DNA from: Raillietiella orientalis
Taxonomy: Eukaryota
Length of the DNA: 64,000 nt
Assembly (NCBI GenBank): GCA_036172245.1
Contig: JAYWIR010000070.1
Coordinates: forward strand, 248,001 to 312,000
Direction of reading: 5' to 3'
Part shown: in pieces, positions 62,756 to 64,000 of the stretch
Numbering within the stretch: the stretch's first letter is position 1
Layout of the letters: every line of letters begins with the position of its first letter
The notes under the pieces: model-generated
Told to the model about the DNA's origin: nothing
Seen by the model: only the letters and a program-made list of their open reading frames with translations
Databases searched by the model: none
Position numbers and translations under genes: made by a program

Positions 62756-64000
62756 TCTCCGCCTCAGCGTATCTCACTGAGTTGTCTATATACACCTTCC
62801 GGTACGGCATCTTCATTTTGCAGCTCCACTTCCCTGCGCATGCACGTCGAGACTCTTCCCGGACCTTCTCGAAGGCCCCTGCTAGCTGCTCAATCTCCCT
62901 TCGGGCTGCGTCCCTTCCCAAGGGACTCCCCTTCCCTGCAGGGAGAAGTGTGTGGGAGGCGCCGTCGGCTCGGAAGAGTCAGCGGCCCCGACCCGGCCCC
63001 TTTCCTTGTCCGGATCAGAGAAATTCTGCTCTGAGGGAAAGAAGGGATGCGAGAACTTGAGGAGGGACGGGGATTCCAGACTGCACTTCGGCGGGCGCTG
63101 CTCCGGAAGAGAACTGACACATCGCTCTCACGATGACCGTGGACCCTACTCAGAGGCTGCCAGCAGATGCGCGCGTTCGGCTCCGAGGAAGCTCGAAAGA
63201 GCTCCAGGGACTTTAGCGCGGAGAAGCAGAGACGTGTAGTGAGCGCCATGCACTCCATTCTGACTCCCTGGAGGAGTGGGCATCGTTCTTGAAGAGTAGG
63301 GAGCCTCACAGGGAGCTCTCAAGGCTCCCGGTGACTCCCGGTGGCTCATTCCCGAGAAGCGCCACCTCATCCACAAGGACGGCGACTTCGGAAGCAGGAA
63401 CGGCAGGAGGAAGGGCGAAGGAGGAGGAGAGAAGGGAACTCTGGAAAGAGGAAGCTGCGCAGCTCCTGGAGACACCCCAGACTGCCACCGCGCCCTTCGC
63501 CGGTGCTCCGTCGGTCACTCCGGCTGAACCTTGGGCCGGTTACCTCTTCTGCGTAGGCGCCACGTCGGGTGTCGTCCATTCTGGAAGCCGCTAGCGCGCC
63601 GGCCTCCGGAGGACCAGTAGACAGGAGACAGTAGCAGCCAGGAGCTACCCCACAGGCCTGCCCCCCACACAGAGAGCGAGGACTCCGTACAGGATCCGGA
63701 GCGACCGACCGAACTCGGATTTCCTCCTCTCCCTTCGGCTCGGAGATGAACTGGTGCCCACGGCGTCCTTCCGAGAGCAGCGAGCCGCCATCCTTAACTC
63801 AGACGAGGCTTCTCAGCTTTCGCTTACGGTGCGTTCCCCAGCGCTGCGTCTCCTTGTCTTTTCTTGCCGACTCCCTTCTCGTTCCTCTTCTCCGACAGGT
63901 CCCAACTCCTCCTGAGTTCTCATGGAAACCGGAACGTGTTTCCAGGATCCTCAGAAAAGGAGGAGGAAAAGGAAGGAAGACAAGAGGGGAATCTTTGGGA

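Noticed and set aside
62703..62921. ORF containing EESRRAC, a possible POU4 exon 1
   Set aside because: Only four residues match the POU-IV box; following residues and the donor are poor.

Overview
Eukaryotic, most likely arthropod, genomic DNA with two very different compartments. (1) About 1-10.8 kb is AT-rich, CpG-poor and compact. It holds the 5' part of a furry (fry/FRY/Mor2) gene on the minus strand with six 44-53 nt GT-AG introns, plus several co-oriented gene-like segments I could not fully decode. (2) About 11-64 kb is mostly GC/CpG-rich and gene-poor. It holds a four-exon plus-strand gene, not captured by any single ORF in the track, for a 130-aa secreted Cys-rich/EGF protein whose last intron is a 4.9-kb GC-AG intron. 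It also holds the main coding exon of a POU class IV (acj6/Brn3/unc-86) transcription factor on the minus strand, decayed non-LTR retrotransposon pieces (NeSL/Utopia-like RLE tail, RT fragments), two tRNA-derived SINE-like heads, microsatellites and candidate enhancer motif clusters. Most long ORFs in the GC-rich part look like compositional artefacts. Family assignments rely on remembered motifs; no searches were run and base-composition statements are by eye.
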